From an uncultured Nitrososphaerota archaeon (lineage in GTDB: Archaea; Thermoproteota; Nitrososphaeria; Nitrososphaerales; Gagatemarchaeaceae): a stretch of 64,000 nucleotides of DNA. Positions 1 through 10,930 of the stretch are shown here, piece by piece (position 1 is the first letter of the stretch; every line of letters starts with the position of its first letter). The position numbers and the translations under genes are program-made. The notes beneath the pieces are model-generated. The model was given only the letters and a program-made list of their open reading frames with translations. It was not told the origin of the DNA and ran no database searches. Where the stretch lies: assembly GCA_963703285.1 (NCBI GenBank), contig OY969807.1:1984001-2048000 (forward strand), read 5' to 3'.

Positions 1-666
1 ATGTACCCGGGAGACTACCTTGGCAGCGTCACCGTGGACGGGATCGCCGTCGACAAGGCGAAGATGGGGGAGATTTCCCAGAAGGTCGGCCTCCTCTTCC
101 AGAACCCCGAGAACCAGATATTCATGTTCTCGGTCGAGCGCGACGTAGCCTTCGGGCTGGAGAACCTCGGCCTCCCCAGGGAGGAGATCAGGAGGAGGGT
201 CGACGAGGCCCTGCGCCTCCTCGGGATAACGTCGCTCGCACTCCGCGCTCCGCACGAGCTCTCCGACGGTCAGAAGCAGCGCGTCGCCCTGGCGGGCGTC
301 ATCGCCATGAGGCCCAAGCTGATCATCCTCGACGAGCCCACCTCCCTCCTCGACCCGCAGAGCGCGTCCGAGCTCGTCTCCCTCGTACGCGACCTCAACA
401 GGGACCTCGGCATCACCTTCGTCATCGTCGAGCACAGGCTCGAGCTGCTGACACCCGTCGCGGACAAGATCGTGGTCATGGACAGGGGACGCAAGGTGAT
501 GGAGGGGACGCCCGAGGACGTCCTCACCGACACGCGGGCCATCGGCTACGGCATAGCCGTCCCCCCCGTCTCCCTGCTCTACTCCGACCTGAAGAGGGAC
601 GGAATGGTGCTGGGGAAGGTCCCGGCGACGCCCCGCGAGCTCGCGGAGGAGGTAAACAGCAGTTGA
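1..666 (+). CDS. ECF transporter ATPase subunit (5'-truncated by window)
   Basis: FQNPENQIF Q-loop, LSDGQKQRVALAG signature, ILDEPT Walker B; upstream of a second ATPase and EcfT. Confidence 0.9.
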   Translation: MYPGDYLGSVTVDGIAVDKAKMGEISQKVGLLFQNPENQIFMFSVERDVAFGLENLGLPREEIRRRVDEALRLLGITSLALRAPHELSDGQKQRVALAGVIAMRPKLIILDEPTSLLDPQSASELVSLVRDLNRDLGITFVIVEHRLELLTPVADKIVVMDRGRKVMEGTPEDVLTDTRAIGYGIAVPPVSLLYSDLKRDGMVLGKVPATPRELAEEVNSS

Positions 667-1477
667 GCCTCATCGAGTTCAGGGACGTCACGTTCGTCCA
701 TCAGAACGGGGTGACGGCACTTAGTGACGTCAGCCTGGGCGTCGAGAAGCAGGAGCTGGTAGGCATAGTTGGCGAGAACGGAGCCGGAAAGACCACGCTC
801 GTGAAGCACATCAACGGGCTGCTCAAGCCCACCACCGGCTCGGTCTCGGTCAACGGCAAGAACACCCGCGACGTCTCCACCGCCACCCTCGCTCGCGAGG
901 TGGGGATAGCCTTCCAGAACCCCGACCACCAGCTCTTCTCCGAGAGCGTCGAGAACGAGATCACCTACGCCCTGAAGAACTTCGGGTTCGACAGCGGCGT
1001 GATCCAGAGGAGACTGGACTGGGCGCTCGGCTTCTTCGGGCTGGAGGAGTACAGGAAGTCCTCGCCCCTGATACTGAGCGGGGGGAGAAGAAGCGCCTCA
1101 CCCTCGCCTCCATACTGGCCTGGGACCCCTCCATCGTCGTCCTGGACGAGCCGACGGTGGGCCAGGACTCCATCCAGAAGGAGAAGCTCGCCGGGATCGT
1201 CAGGATGCTCCACGAGGCTGAGAAGACGATCATCATTGTCTCGCACGACGTCGAGTTCCTCTGGAGGCTCCAGCCGAGGATCCTCGTGATGAAGCAGGGG
1301 AGGGTGGTCGGCGACGGCCCCTGCGCGACGGTCATGCACGACGCAGCACTCCTCGCGAACGCGAGGGTGACCCAGCCCCAGCTGGTCCAGCTCTACGACG
1401 ACCTGGATGAGAGGCCCGGGACGCCCTTCCCCGACGTCTCGGCGGCGAGGAGCTGGATCGGGAGGGGGAGGAGCTAG
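663..1477 (+). pseudogene. ECF transporter ATPase subunit 2, frameshifted at a G run near 1080-1085 (probably a sequencing error)
   Basis: GENGAGKTT Walker A in ORF 663-1289; LDEPTVGQD and C-terminus continue in the other frame; one extra G restores LSGGEKKR. Confidence 0.8.
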
Positions 1478-1478
1478 C

Positions 1479-2222
1479 GTGTACTGGATCACCGGCGGCT
1501 TCCTCTTCAGGAGGGTCGTCTCCCCGTTCCACAAGCTCGACCCCCGGATCAAGCTTGCGGTAGCGGCCGAGCTCTTCGTGCTCTCGCTCGCCGCCTCCTC
1601 CGTCATCCCGATCCTCACCGTCCTCGCCTCGATAATCGCGATCGCTGCCGTGGCCAAGTCGCTGAAGAGGATAGGCAGGACGATGGCCTTCTCGCTCCTC
1701 TTCGCCGCGTTCATCTTCGGGATCAACCTGGCATTCGGGCTTGGCCTCCTAAGGTCGTTCACCTACGCCCTGCGCTTCCTCGCGATCATCAGCTCCTCCA
1801 GCCTCTTCTTCGTCACCACCTCGCCAGACGAGCTCGAGCAGATCATGAAGTGGATGAGGATACCCCGGGACGCGGTCTTCGCCTTCGTGACGGCGGTGAG
1901 GTTCATCCCGGTGGTCATGCTAGACACCTTCCAGATCATGGACGCGCAGAAGTCGAGGGGGCTCGAGCTGGAGAAGGGAAGCCTGCTCACCCGCGTCCGC
2001 AACATGGTCCCGATACTCATCCCCCTCGTCGTGAACTCTGTCATCCGGTCGGGCGAGCTCGCGGAGGCGATGGAGTCCAGGGGCTACGGCTCGACGCCCC
2101 ACCCCACCTCCCTCTACAGGATGAAGCTGAAGTGGTACGACTGGGCCGTCTTCCTCGTCAGCGCGGCCGCGTTCGCGGCAGCACTGTATATCTACCTCTT
2201 CCTCCGGTTTCCGCTCCCATGA
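1479..2222 (+). CDS. ecfT: ECF transporter transmembrane component T
   Basis: LDPRIKL start, RFIP, AQKSRG and AMESRG motifs. Confidence 0.9.
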   Translation: MYWITGGFLFRRVVSPFHKLDPRIKLAVAAELFVLSLAASSVIPILTVLASIIAIAAVAKSLKRIGRTMAFSLLFAAFIFGINLAFGLGLLRSFTYALRFLAIISSSSLFFVTTSPDELEQIMKWMRIPRDAVFAFVTAVRFIPVVMLDTFQIMDAQKSRGLELEKGSLLTRVRNMVPILIPLVVNSVIRSGELAEAMESRGYGSTPHPTSLYRMKLKWYDWAVFLVSAAAFAAALYIYLFLRFPLP

Positions 2223-2902
2223 TTCCGCCGCGAGTGGTAGTTGACGAGAGGGAGAGGGGCTGCGGCGTCCCGGAGGAGCTCGCAAAGTTGAACGTCAGGG
2301 TCTACTTCAGCCGCCTTCCGACCGCCGACTACGTGATCAGCCCCGAGGTCGCCGTCGAGAGGAAGGCGCTCGCCGACTTCGTCTCCTCGGTCTACGACGG
2401 GAGGTTCTTCGTCCAGGTCTCCGCCCTCTCGAGCGCCTACCGCAAGCCGTACCTTCTGGTGGAGGGCGACATCAAGGAGCTCGCCCGGCTGGCCAAAAAC
2501 GTGAACTCCTACTACGGCGCGGTCGCCTCGGTCACGCTCGCCTACGACCTGAGGGTCATCCACACGGCAGACCCCGCCCAGACCGCCTCGGCCATAGCCG
2601 CCCTGATCAAGCACAGCCGGGCCAGGCCCGCGATTATGGGCGCCATCGCCCCGCCCCCCAAGGCGAAGGACGAGCCGCGGCAGCAGCTCTACCTGGTCTC
2701 CTCGCTCCCCGGGGTGGGGACGAAGCTCGCGAAGAGGATGCTCTCAAGGTACGGCACGCCCAGGAAGATAATGGGCCTGACCGAGTCCCAGCTGGCCATG
2801 GTCCAGGGCCTCGGAGGCAAGAGGGCCGCCCGGATAGCCCACATGCTCGACGCGCCGTACGCTTCGCAGAGCGGCCTGCCGATCCAGGAGAGGCTCGAAT
2901 GA
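2219..2902 (+). CDS. xpf: XPF/ERCC4 structure-specific nuclease (short archaeal form)
   Basis: VVVDERE, ADY...VERK nuclease motif, C-terminal HhH2 (LPGVGTKLA, VQGLGGKRA). Confidence 0.88.
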   Translation: MIPPRVVVDERERGCGVPEELAKLNVRVYFSRLPTADYVISPEVAVERKALADFVSSVYDGRFFVQVSALSSAYRKPYLLVEGDIKELARLAKNVNSYYGAVASVTLAYDLRVIHTADPAQTASAIAALIKHSRARPAIMGAIAPPPKAKDEPRQQLYLVSSLPGVGTKLAKRMLSRYGTPRKIMGLTESQLAMVQGLGGKRAARIAHMLDAPYASQSGLPIQERLE

Positions 2903-3531
2903 GGATCTCCGTCATCGGGGGCACGGGCGACCTCGGTCTAGGGCTGGCGGCCAGGCTCGCCAGGTCTCACGAAGTGATGATCGGCTCCAGGGACGCATCC
3001 CGCGCCGCCGAGGCGGCGGTGAGGGCCTCCGTCCTCTCCGGCTCGCACGTCCTGGGGATGGGGAACGGCGAGGCGGCGCGCCGATCTGAGGTCTCCATCC
3101 TGGCCATCCCGGACCTGCCCTCGGAGGAGTTCCTCGATTCGCTGAAGCCGGACCTGGCCGGGAAGCTGGTCATCTCCCCGATCGTCGGGATGAAGATGGA
3201 GAAAGGGCTGTTCTCGCCCTCGCTCGAATCGGGCTCGGCGGCGGAGAGGGTCGCCTCGGTGCTGCAGACCAGGGTGGCCGGCGCGTTCCACACCGTCCCC
3301 GCCGCGAGGCTACTCGAGGTGAACCGGGAGCTGGACTACGACGTGCTTGTCACGGCCGATTCGAGGGAGGTCTACGCCGAGGCCGCGAGTGTCGTCTCCA
3401 GCGTGCCGCGTTTGCGGCCCCTCTACGCAGGACCTCTGAGGAACTCCAGGATGGTCGAGGGCATCACGCCGACCCTCCTCAACCTGGCCAAGCTCAACAA
3501 GCTTAGGACCCCCTCGCTCAAGATCGTCTGA
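2899..3531 (+). CDS. npdG: F420H2:NADP+ oxidoreductase (NpdG/Fno family)
   Basis: IGGTGDLGLGLA Rossmann motif, IGSRDASRA, AFHTVPA, AGPLRNSRMVE. Confidence 0.85.
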   Translation: MRISVIGGTGDLGLGLAARLARSHEVMIGSRDASRAAEAAVRASVLSGSHVLGMGNGEAARRSEVSILAIPDLPSEEFLDSLKPDLAGKLVISPIVGMKMEKGLFSPSLESGSAAERVASVLQTRVAGAFHTVPAARLLEVNRELDYDVLVTADSREVYAEAASVVSSVPRLRPLYAGPLRNSRMVEGITPTLLNLAKLNKLRTPSLKIV

Positions 3532-4060
3532 TGGTCCCGACGCCGACCGGCGGGGGCCTGCCCAACCCCGAGTACAGGATAGGGCGGTAGGTCTTGAAGC
3601 TCCAGTAGTCCCCAAAGTCCCCGATCGCTCTGGCTTCCTTCACCTTCACCACGAGTAGTTCGTGGTCGCCGAACCGCTGGGTTCCCACGAGAGCGCAGAC
3701 GGCGTAGGCCGAAGCCTCCCTTATGATGGGGACCTCCGGTGTGCCCCTCAGGCTGCAGTGCAGCCCGCTCGCACTGAGCTTGTCCCCTACGTCGGCGCCC
3801 GAGAAGGAGCCGAGCTTCTCGACCGCCCTGGCGTACCGCCTGTCGAGCCACGAGAGCGAGAGAGACCAAGCCCTGACTATGGCCCCGTGGGTAGCGTGGT
3901 AGGGTGAGGACGAGATCCCCAGGAGCGCCGGCTCGCTGGAGAGCGAGATGACAGATACTGCGGGCATGGCAGACACCTCCCCGCCATGGGCCGCCGCGAC
4001 GACCACAGGTACAGCAGGATAGAGCAGGCGATAGACCCTAGATGCCAGGACCCTCTTCAT
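3518..4060 (-). CDS. Flavin reductase-like protein
   Basis: YRLLYP...PVVVV N-terminus, GDHEL motif. Confidence 0.8.
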   Translation of the reverse strand: MKRVLASRVYRLLYPAVPVVVAAAHGGEVSAMPAVSVISLSSEPALLGISSSPYHATHGAIVRAWSLSLSWLDRRYARAVEKLGSFSGADVGDKLSASGLHCSLRGTPEVPIIREASAYAVCALVGTQRFGDHELLVVKVKEARAIGDFGDYWSFKTYRPILYSGLGRPPPVGVGTIRRS

Positions 4061-4868
4061 GTGCAGTCGGGCGGGCCGGGGGGCTTAACTCTTTTGACGG
4101 ATTGAGGGCGTAGCCCGACCTCCTGTCGGCGCCGGTGATGCTCCAAGCCAGAACGAAGAAGCCCAGCGAGAGGAGGAAGATGACTCCCTCGAACACCCAG
4201 GTCGGGACATCCTGGGCGAAGGGAACGAGCGCGTCGAGCAGCCCCATCGGCAGGGCCACGTAGAGGTAGATCCTCTTCCTCAGGTACGCCGCGAGGACGC
4301 AGAGGTACCCCCACGAGAAGTGGGCCAAGAGGGACGAAACCCTCTCCAGGATGCCAAGGGCCATCGGGAAGGCCAGCTGCGAAGGAGGGTAGAAGAGGCT
4401 CGGACTCGAGGTTACGATGGTCTGGTAGACAGACGCAGGCAAGAGACCGTTCGCGATGAGCAGATACGTCCCGATCAGGTTGACGAGGGAGAGGGCGCCG
4501 AGGAGGACGCCGTTCTCCCAAAATGCCAGTGATATCCCGTAGGCCTCGCCGTCGGCAGCCACCATCTGCTTCTTTGAGACGGCATACCTCGCCACGAGGT
4601 AGGCGAGGCCCACCTCGAAGAAGCAGGTCTGCAAGCCGAAGTAGAGTCCCGTCTGCACGCTGGCGCTACCGAACGCCGCGACCACGGGCCCGTAGGTGTA
4701 GGTTTGGACCACCTCCTTCAGCCCGATGGCGCCCGCGTACGCGATTAGCGAGAAGAGCAGGACGGAACTCACGAGCCTCCTCCTCTTCCTCCAGTAGACG
4801 ACCAGCCCCGCGCTGAACGCGATGACCACCGCCGGCTGGATTAACAGCGCGGGGTCGATGTTCTGCAT
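4038..4868 (-). CDS. YhfC-like intramembrane glutamic protease
   Basis: Multi-TM; FFEVG, WENG, LERVSSLLAH motifs. Confidence 0.6.
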   Translation of the reverse strand: MQNIDPALLIQPAVVIAFSAGLVVYWRKRRRLVSSVLLFSLIAYAGAIGLKEVVQTYTYGPVVAAFGSASVQTGLYFGLQTCFFEVGLAYLVARYAVSKKQMVAADGEAYGISLAFWENGVLLGALSLVNLIGTYLLIANGLLPASVYQTIVTSSPSLFYPPSQLAFPMALGILERVSSLLAHFSWGYLCVLAAYLRKRIYLYVALPMGLLDALVPFAQDVPTWVFEGVIFLLSLGFFVLAWSITGADRRSGYALNPSKELSPPARPTAHEEGPGI

Positions 4869-4974
4869 CCGAGGAGACCGAGGTGCCGCGCTTGATCAAG
4901 CGTTGCCTTCGTCGATCGCGTAACCAAACGAAAGGGTTTTGTTCGCGACCCCGGCCAAGAACCCACACAAGAGA

Positions 4975-6189
4975 ATGGTAGAAGACGTCGGCCTCCTACT
5001 GAGCCTAGGGACACTCGCCGGCGTCGCGCTCCTCCTCGGTCTCCTCTTCGCGAGGCTCCGCACCTCGGTCGTGGCAGCGGAGATCCTCGCAGGGATGCTG
5101 GTGGGACCCTACGTCCTCGGCTGGGTCACCGACACGACGGTCATCGGAGACATCGCGAGCGTCGGCATCGTGGTCCTCCTCTTCCTGATCGGGCTCGAGC
5201 TGGACCCGGTGAAGTTCGCCAGGATGATCGGGAGGGCTGGCTCCCTCACCCTCCTCGAGATGGGGCTCACCTTCATCGTCGGCCTGGGCTGCGCCCGTCT
5301 CATCGGGCTGAGCGTCCCCGAGACGCTAGTCTTCGCCATGGCGGGGAGCGTCACGAGCACCGCCATAGTCGGACAGTACCTCCTCTCCAGGGGTATGCGC
5401 GACCAGACCTCGCGCCTCCTCATAGGACTGCTCGTGATAGAGGACATAGCGGCCGTCGGGTTCCTCGTCGTGATTTCCTCGCTGCCCGCGGGCGGCGTCG
5501 TCACGGCGAGGGTCGGCGTGCTCGCGATCTTCGAGACTGCCCTGGGCGGGTTCGCCCTCATGGCGCTCGGGTTCCTGGTGGCGAGGTACGTCGCTCCCCA
5601 GATGATAAACTACCTGAGCCACTTCGAGGGAGAGTTCGAGGAGCTCCCCTTCCTCTTCGCCCTCGGCCTGGGCTTCGGCTTCGGCGTGCTCGGCGCCTAC
5701 CTGGGATACTCCGCGTCGGTCGGCGCCTTCATCATAGGGCTCGCCATCAGGGGGAAGCACTCCAAATTCCTCGCAGGGAAGGTGGCACCCGTGAAGGGCC
5801 TGCTCGTCTTCGTCTTCTTCGTCTACATGGGCTCGCTCATAGACCCCTTCCCAGCGCTCGCAATCTGGCCGTACTTCGCACTCGTCATGGTCCTTCTCGT
5901 CGCAGCCAAGTACTCGGGCGGGGTTGCCGTCGGAATGATTCTGGGTGCGAGGGACCCTCTGGGGGAGACCGACCCTAGGACGGTGGGCGCCTGGCTCGTG
6001 CCCCGGGGTGAGTTCTCGTTCATCATCGGTCAGGTCGCGCTGACCGCGGGACTCATCGACACGTCGACCTTCTCGATCCTGGGACTGACCGTCCTCGTGT
6101 CCGCCATGACCGGCCCGCTGCTGCAGCGGCTCGGCGAGCGGGGAGTCCCAAAGTCCGAGCACCCCTTCAAGCCCGTCAAGGACGATTAG
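4975..6189 (+). CDS. Cation:proton antiporter (CPA2 family)
   Basis: LLFLIGLEL, STAIV, LVIEDI, PRGEFSFII motifs. Confidence 0.88.
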   Translation: MVEDVGLLLSLGTLAGVALLLGLLFARLRTSVVAAEILAGMLVGPYVLGWVTDTTVIGDIASVGIVVLLFLIGLELDPVKFARMIGRAGSLTLLEMGLTFIVGLGCARLIGLSVPETLVFAMAGSVTSTAIVGQYLLSRGMRDQTSRLLIGLLVIEDIAAVGFLVVISSLPAGGVVTARVGVLAIFETALGGFALMALGFLVARYVAPQMINYLSHFEGEFEELPFLFALGLGFGFGVLGAYLGYSASVGAFIIGLAIRGKHSKFLAGKVAPVKGLLVFVFFVYMGSLIDPFPALAIWPYFALVMVLLVAAKYSGGVAVGMILGARDPLGETDPRTVGAWLVPRGEFSFIIGQVALTAGLIDTSTFSILGLTVLVSAMTGPLLQRLGERGVPKSEHPFKPVKDD

Positions 6190-6273
6190 AGGCGCACTCC
6201 CTCGCCGAAGGGGATGCACGCAGGAATAACCTGCTCAGAGAATTATATATAATAGGAATATCGACGGCGCGGC

Positions 6274-6471
6274 ATGACCCAACCCCTCCTCGTCGTGGCC
6301 AAGGGCCGCTCCAAGTTCAGCAGGTTCGAGAAGGGATCGCTCCGGGAGGCTGTCAACCTCAGGGATTTCCTCGAGCAGACGGGTGAGTTCGACGCGGTCG
6401 AGATCTTCCAGCTCCGGTCGGTCGAGGGTCCGATGAAGGAGTGGGTGTCTCTGAAGGAGATCGAGCGCTGA
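6274..6471 (+). CDS. Small hypothetical protein
   Basis: 65-aa ORF with host codon usage behind a TATA-like TTATATATAA. Confidence 0.6.
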   Translation: MTQPLLVVAKGRSKFSRFEKGSLREAVNLRDFLEQTGEFDAVEIFQLRSVEGPMKEWVSLKEIER

Positions 6472-6524
6472 CCAGGGTCAGGGCGGAAGGCGGCCGACGG
6501 CGCAGATGAACTGCTTGGCTTCCG

Positions 6525-7346
6525 TCACCGAACCACAACCGACTTCAGGTCGTGCTCTAGGGGAGGGTACTCCAGGTGAAGGCCCTCGAGCGTATCGACC
6601 ACGACCGACGCCACGACGAGGTCCCTGAACCACTTCTTGTTCGCGGGTACGACGTACCACGGCGCCACCTCCGTGCTCGTGTTCTCCAGGGCGCGCCTGT
6701 AGGCCTTCATGTACTGCGGCCAGAGCTTCCTCTCCGCCAGGTCGTCCATGCTGAACTTCCACTGCTTGTCGGGGTCGCTGATCCTATCCTGAATCCTCCT
6801 CTTCTGCTCCTCCGAGTCGATGTGGAGGTAGAACTTCAGGACCGTCGTTCCCTCTTCAGCGAGCATCCTCTCGAACTCGTTGATCTCCTCGTACCGCCTC
6901 TTGCAGACCTCCTTCGTTATCAGGCCGTGGACCCGCTCCACCAGGACCCCTTCGTAGTGACTCCTGTTGAAGATCACGATCTCACCCTTTCTAGGAGCCT
7001 CCAGATGGACCCTCCACAGAAAGTCGTGGTCGAGTTCCAGCGGCGTCGGCTCCCTGAAGTGGGCCACCCGAACCCCCGAAGGGTTCACCCCGTCGAATAT
7101 CCTGCGGATGGTCCCGTCCTTCCCGCCCGTGTCCATCGCCTGCAGCACCACGAGCAGCCCGTGCTTGTGCTCCGCGTAGAGTTTCTCCTGCAGACGGTCC
7201 AGCTTCTGATCGATCTCCTTCGAGACTCTAATCGCCCCGTTCTCGTCCCCGTCAAACCCCGACGTGTCGGCGGGATCGATGCCCTCGAGGTCGAGCTTCG
7301 ACCCGGGCCGGACCACGTATCGCTTTGTGTGTACGCCGTCAGGCAA
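6525..7346 (-). CDS. ppk2: Polyphosphate kinase 2 family protein
   Basis: QAMDTGGKDG Walker A, FNRSHYE, WKFSMDD, PWYVVPANKKW. Confidence 0.92.
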   Translation of the reverse strand: MPDGVHTKRYVVRPGSKLDLEGIDPADTSGFDGDENGAIRVSKEIDQKLDRLQEKLYAEHKHGLLVVLQAMDTGGKDGTIRRIFDGVNPSGVRVAHFREPTPLELDHDFLWRVHLEAPRKGEIVIFNRSHYEGVLVERVHGLITKEVCKRRYEEINEFERMLAEEGTTVLKFYLHIDSEEQKRRIQDRISDPDKQWKFSMDDLAERKLWPQYMKAYRRALENTSTEVAPWYVVPANKKWFRDLVVASVVVDTLEGLHLEYPPLEHDLKSVVVR

Positions 7347-7470
7347 TCCGACCTCAGGATGCCTGCGCCGTCTTTAGCTCTTGCGCGCGGGGCCGGCAAG
7401 TTCAGACCCGAAGGCCTAGAACCGTATATATCAAAGGGGCCATGGCTCACGGCGGGTTTGGAGCTGTAAG

Positions 7471-7704
7471 ATGCCGAGGGCGTTCGTGATGATCAACGTC
7501 AAGGTGGGGACGGACAAGGAAGTGGTCACCGCGCTCAAGACCTTCAGGTGGGTCGACAAGGTCTACGAGGTCTACGGCGTCTACGACATAGTGGCCGAGG
7601 TCACGGTGAACAGCATGCAGGATCTGAAGGAGACGGTTAACTCCGACATGCGCAAACTCGACAACGTCCTGGCCACAAACACCATCATCGTAACAGGAAA
7701 CTGA
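7471..7704 (+). CDS. Lrp/AsnC ligand-binding domain protein
   Basis: AFVMINV...VYGVYDIVAEV RAM-domain pattern. Confidence 0.85.
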   Translation: MPRAFVMINVKVGTDKEVVTALKTFRWVDKVYEVYGVYDIVAEVTVNSMQDLKETVNSDMRKLDNVLATNTIIVTGN

Positions 7705-7707
7705 GAC

Positions 7708-8106
7708 CTAGGATTCGTCCAGGTCCTTCTTCATCTGGTCGAACTGTTCCTTCGTTATCTCGCCGCGGGCGTACCTGCGGCTGAGGATCTCCTTGGCGTT
7801 GCCGTAGCCCCACCCGCCCCTGCCGTATCCTCCCCTCCATCCCCAGCCCCAACCCCAGAAGACGAGCCGGAGCGCGAAGAACGCCACGAGGATGATGATC
7901 AGGAACCCGAACGGGAAGAAGAAGAACGGTCCGACGTAGTAGGGTCCCGTGCCCACGAACCAGTGCGCGAACGCCCCCAGGAAGAGAAGCGGGACCACGA
8001 CGAAGGCGAGGATGGCCACAATCAGAAAGCCGGCTGCAATCCAGCGCATGAAACCCCTGCGCCTTGTCCCGCCAAGGTGCGAATCTTGTTTGCCCGTCAT
8101 CTTCAT
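7708..8106 (-). CDS. SHOCT-domain membrane protein
   Basis: Two TM helices, Gly-rich linker, C-terminal EILSRRYARGEITKEQF; start uncertain. Confidence 0.8.
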   Translation of the reverse strand: MKMTGKQDSHLGGTRRRGFMRWIAAGFLIVAILAFVVVPLLFLGAFAHWFVGTGPYYVGPFFFFPFGFLIIILVAFFALRLVFWGWGWGWRGGYGRGGWGYGNAKEILSRRYARGEITKEQFDQMKKDLDES

Positions 8107-8138
8107 CGTCTTCGGGTGCGATAAAGGCCCAGATAAGT

Positions 8139-8156
8139 ATATCGGAAATACGATAT
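8139..8156. promoter_or_regulatory. Inverted repeat ATATCG-N6-CGATAT, candidate PadR operator
   Basis: Perfect 6-bp inverted repeat between divergent SHOCT and PadR genes; extra CGATAT half-site near 8199. Confidence 0.45.
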
Positions 8157-8217
8157 CGGAGAAGCGATAAAAGCGCAAGGCATAAACCCTCGGTTTTCCG
8201 ATATCTGCCGACGGAGC

Positions 8218-8646
8218 ATGTGGTCTTTTCGATGGATGATGCACAGGAAGCGCGGTCTCAGGATGGCTGTGATCTGGATGCTCTCCAACTCGCCGAAGAA
8301 CGGCGTGGAGCTCATGAACGAGATGGAGAACATGACCCAGGGGTGGTGGAGGCCGTCGCCAGGCTCCGTCTACCCGCTGCTCGATCAGCTGACCTCCGAG
8401 GGGATAATCAAGAAGCGGGAAGACGGAAGATACGAGCTGACAGAGAAGGCGAGCGAGGAGATGGACTGGGGGTTCGGCCAGTCGTTCCGGAAGCGGCCCT
8501 CACTTGACGAGATGGTCAACGAGGTGAGCGGCTTCGTCTCCTACTATGAGGAGCTCCGAAAGTCGGACCCGGCGAAGACAGCCCCGTACCAGCAGAAGGT
8601 GAAGGAGCTCGCTGACAGGCTCTCCGCCCTCGCGCAGAGCCCCTAG
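8218..8646 (+). CDS. PadR family transcriptional regulator
   Basis: [12 protein letters not shown]...YELTEK wHTH motif. Confidence 0.88.
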   Translation: MWSFRWMMHRKRGLRMAVIWMLSNSPKNGVELMNEMENMTQGWWRPSPGSVYPLLDQLTSEGIIKKREDGRYELTEKASEEMDWGFGQSFRKRPSLDEMVNEVSGFVSYYEELRKSDPAKTAPYQQKVKELADRLSALAQSP

Positions 8647-10802
8647 CCGATTCCGCGGCCGGTGCCGAAGTCGCCGGACCTCTTGCGCTTGAGCTTCTGG
8701 ATTGCACCCTCGAAGTCGCGCATGTTCACCGAGAGGTCAGCCGTCGACTCGTCCGCCTCCTTCCCGTGCGTCTTGATGTACTGCTTGATCGCCGCGATTA
8801 CGGCCGCGTTCGCTATGGAGGCCAGCTCTGCTCCGGTGTAGCCCTCCGTCATGTCGGCGAGCTTCGCGAGGTCGACGTCCTTGGCGAGCGGCTTCTTCCT
8901 CGTGTGGATCTTGAGTATCTGTATCCTCGCCTCCTTGTCGGGGGCGGGGACCTCCAGTAACCTGTCGAACCTTCCGGGCCTCAGCAGGGCCTCGTCTATG
9001 ATGTCGGCCCTGTTTGTCGCCCCAAGGACCACGACCCCCTTCAGCTCCTCGAGGCCGTCCATCTCCGTGAGGAGCTGGCTCACGACCCGCTCCGTGACCT
9101 GGTTGTCCATCTCTCCCGACTGCCGTCGCGGCGCGATTGCGTCGATCTCGTCGAAGAAGATGACGCAGGGGGCTGCAGCGCGGGCCTTCCTGAAGACCTC
9201 CCTCACCCCCTTCTCGGATTCGCCCACCCACTTCGAGATGAGCTCCGGTCCCTTGATGCTGATGAAGTTCGCCTCCGACTCGTTCGCCACCGCCTTGGCG
9301 ATGAGCGTCTTCCCCGTCCCCGGAGGGCCGTAGAGGAGGATTCCGGTCGGGGGCTTCACGTCCCCCTTCTCGAACAACTTGGCGTGCTTCAGCGGCCACT
9401 CGACGGCCTCGGTCAGCTCCTCCTTTACCGACGTCAGCCCGCCGATGTCCTCCCACTTGACGTTGGGCACCTGGACGAGAACCTCGCGCATCGCCGAGGG
9501 CGTGACGTCCCTGAGGGCGTCTTGGAAGTCCTGCATCCTGACCTTGATCTTGTTGAGCGTCTTCGCCGGGACCTTGTTCTGCTCCATGTTGATCTCGGGG
9601 AGGACCCTCCTCACCGCGAGGATGGCCGCCTCCTTGGCGAGCGCCTGGAGGTCGGCTCCCACGAACCCGTGGGTCACCCTCGCGATCTCCTCCAGCTTGA
9701 CGTCCGATTCGAGGGGCATCCCCCTCGTGTGGATGTGCAGGATCTCCAGCCGGCTCTTCTCGTCGGGGATGCCTATCTCTATCTCCCTGTCGAACCTCCC
9801 GGGCCGTCGCAGCGCAGGGTCGATGGCGTCCGGCCTGTTGGTCGCCGCTATCACGACGACCTTCCCGCGCGCCTCGATCCCGTCCATGAGCGTCAGGAGC
9901 TGGGAGACTATCCTCTTCTCCGTCTCCCCGGTGACCTCCTCCCTCTTCGGGGCTATCGAGTCAATCTCGTCGATGAAGATGATGCTCGGCGCGTTTTCCT
10001 GGGCCTCCTTGAAGACCTGCCTCAGCCTCTCCTCGGACTCGCCGTAGTACTTGCTCATTATCTCGGGCCCGCCTATCGAGTAGAAGTTCGCGCTCGTCTC
10101 GTTGGCGACCGCCTTGGCGAGGAGCGTCTTCCCCGTCCCCGGGGGCCCGTAGAGCAGGACCCCCTTGGGGGCCTCTATCCCGACCCTCTCGAAGATCTCG
10201 GGGTGCCTCAGTGGCAGCTCGATCATCTCGCGGATCTTCTGCACCTCGTTGGTGAGCCCCCCGATGTCCTCGTAGGTTATCCTGGGGACCCCGGTGTTCG
10301 GGGGCTTGCGGACGGTCCCGATGCGGAACGTGGTGTCCCGGGTCACGACCGCGGCGCCCGCGGGCGTCGAGCTATCCACCAGGAAGTCTATCTTGGTACC
10401 CATTATGTTGAGGGGCAGCGAATCACCCTTCGTGACGACCCGTCCCTCGAGCAGCTCTGGCAGGTACTCCTCCAGCCCCGTGATGTTCAGCGGCTCGGTC
10501 GGGGCGAGGACGACCTCCTCCGCCCTGTGCGCCTCCGTCTGCTGTATGGACACCGTGTCGTCAAGGCCGACGCCGATGTTGTTCCTCGTGTAACCGTCTA
10601 TCCTTATGAGGCCCAGGCCGCGGTCTTCCGGGAATCCGGCCCAGAGCAGGGCGTAGGACCTCTTCTTCTTTCCCATGATTTCGATGACGTCCCCGCTTGT
10701 CAGCCCCAGCTGCTCCATCACCTTCGGATCGATGACCGCTATGCCGTGGCCGACGAGCCTAGAGGTCGTCTCTGCGACTCGCAGGTTTACCTCCTTTTGC
10801 AT
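8643..10802 (-). CDS. cdc48: CDC48/VCP family AAA+ ATPase
   Basis: N-domain plus two AAA modules (GPPGTGKT twice, [18 protein letters not shown]). Confidence 0.97.
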   Translation of the reverse strand: MQKEVNLRVAETTSRLVGHGIAVIDPKVMEQLGLTSGDVIEIMGKKKRSYALLWAGFPEDRGLGLIRIDGYTRNNIGVGLDDTVSIQQTEAHRAEEVVLAPTEPLNITGLEEYLPELLEGRVVTKGDSLPLNIMGTKIDFLVDSSTPAGAAVVTRDTTFRIGTVRKPPNTGVPRITYEDIGGLTNEVQKIREMIELPLRHPEIFERVGIEAPKGVLLYGPPGTGKTLLAKAVANETSANFYSIGGPEIMSKYYGESEERLRQVFKEAQENAPSIIFIDEIDSIAPKREEVTGETEKRIVSQLLTLMDGIEARGKVVVIAATNRPDAIDPALRRPGRFDREIEIGIPDEKSRLEILHIHTRGMPLESDVKLEEIARVTHGFVGADLQALAKEAAILAVRRVLPEINMEQNKVPAKTLNKIKVRMQDFQDALRDVTPSAMREVLVQVPNVKWEDIGGLTSVKEELTEAVEWPLKHAKLFEKGDVKPPTGILLYGPPGTGKTLIAKAVANESEANFISIKGPELISKWVGESEKGVREVFRKARAAAPCVIFFDEIDAIAPRRQSGEMDNQVTERVVSQLLTEMDGLEELKGVVVLGATNRADIIDEALLRPGRFDRLLEVPAPDKEARIQILKIHTRKKPLAKDVDLAKLADMTEGYTGAELASIANAAVIAAIKQYIKTHGKEADESTADLSVNMRDFEGAIQKLKRKRSGDFGTGRGIG

Positions 10803-10930
10803 GTGTAATCACGAAGACTACTAGATAAAAAAGCTCTTGGAGGATAGTTCGGTCATGTTTGCGGTCCCGGGTCCCGGGCTGCGGAGGCACGGAAGACTTT
10901 AGAACCCGGAATGGCGTAAACTCCGCAGGT

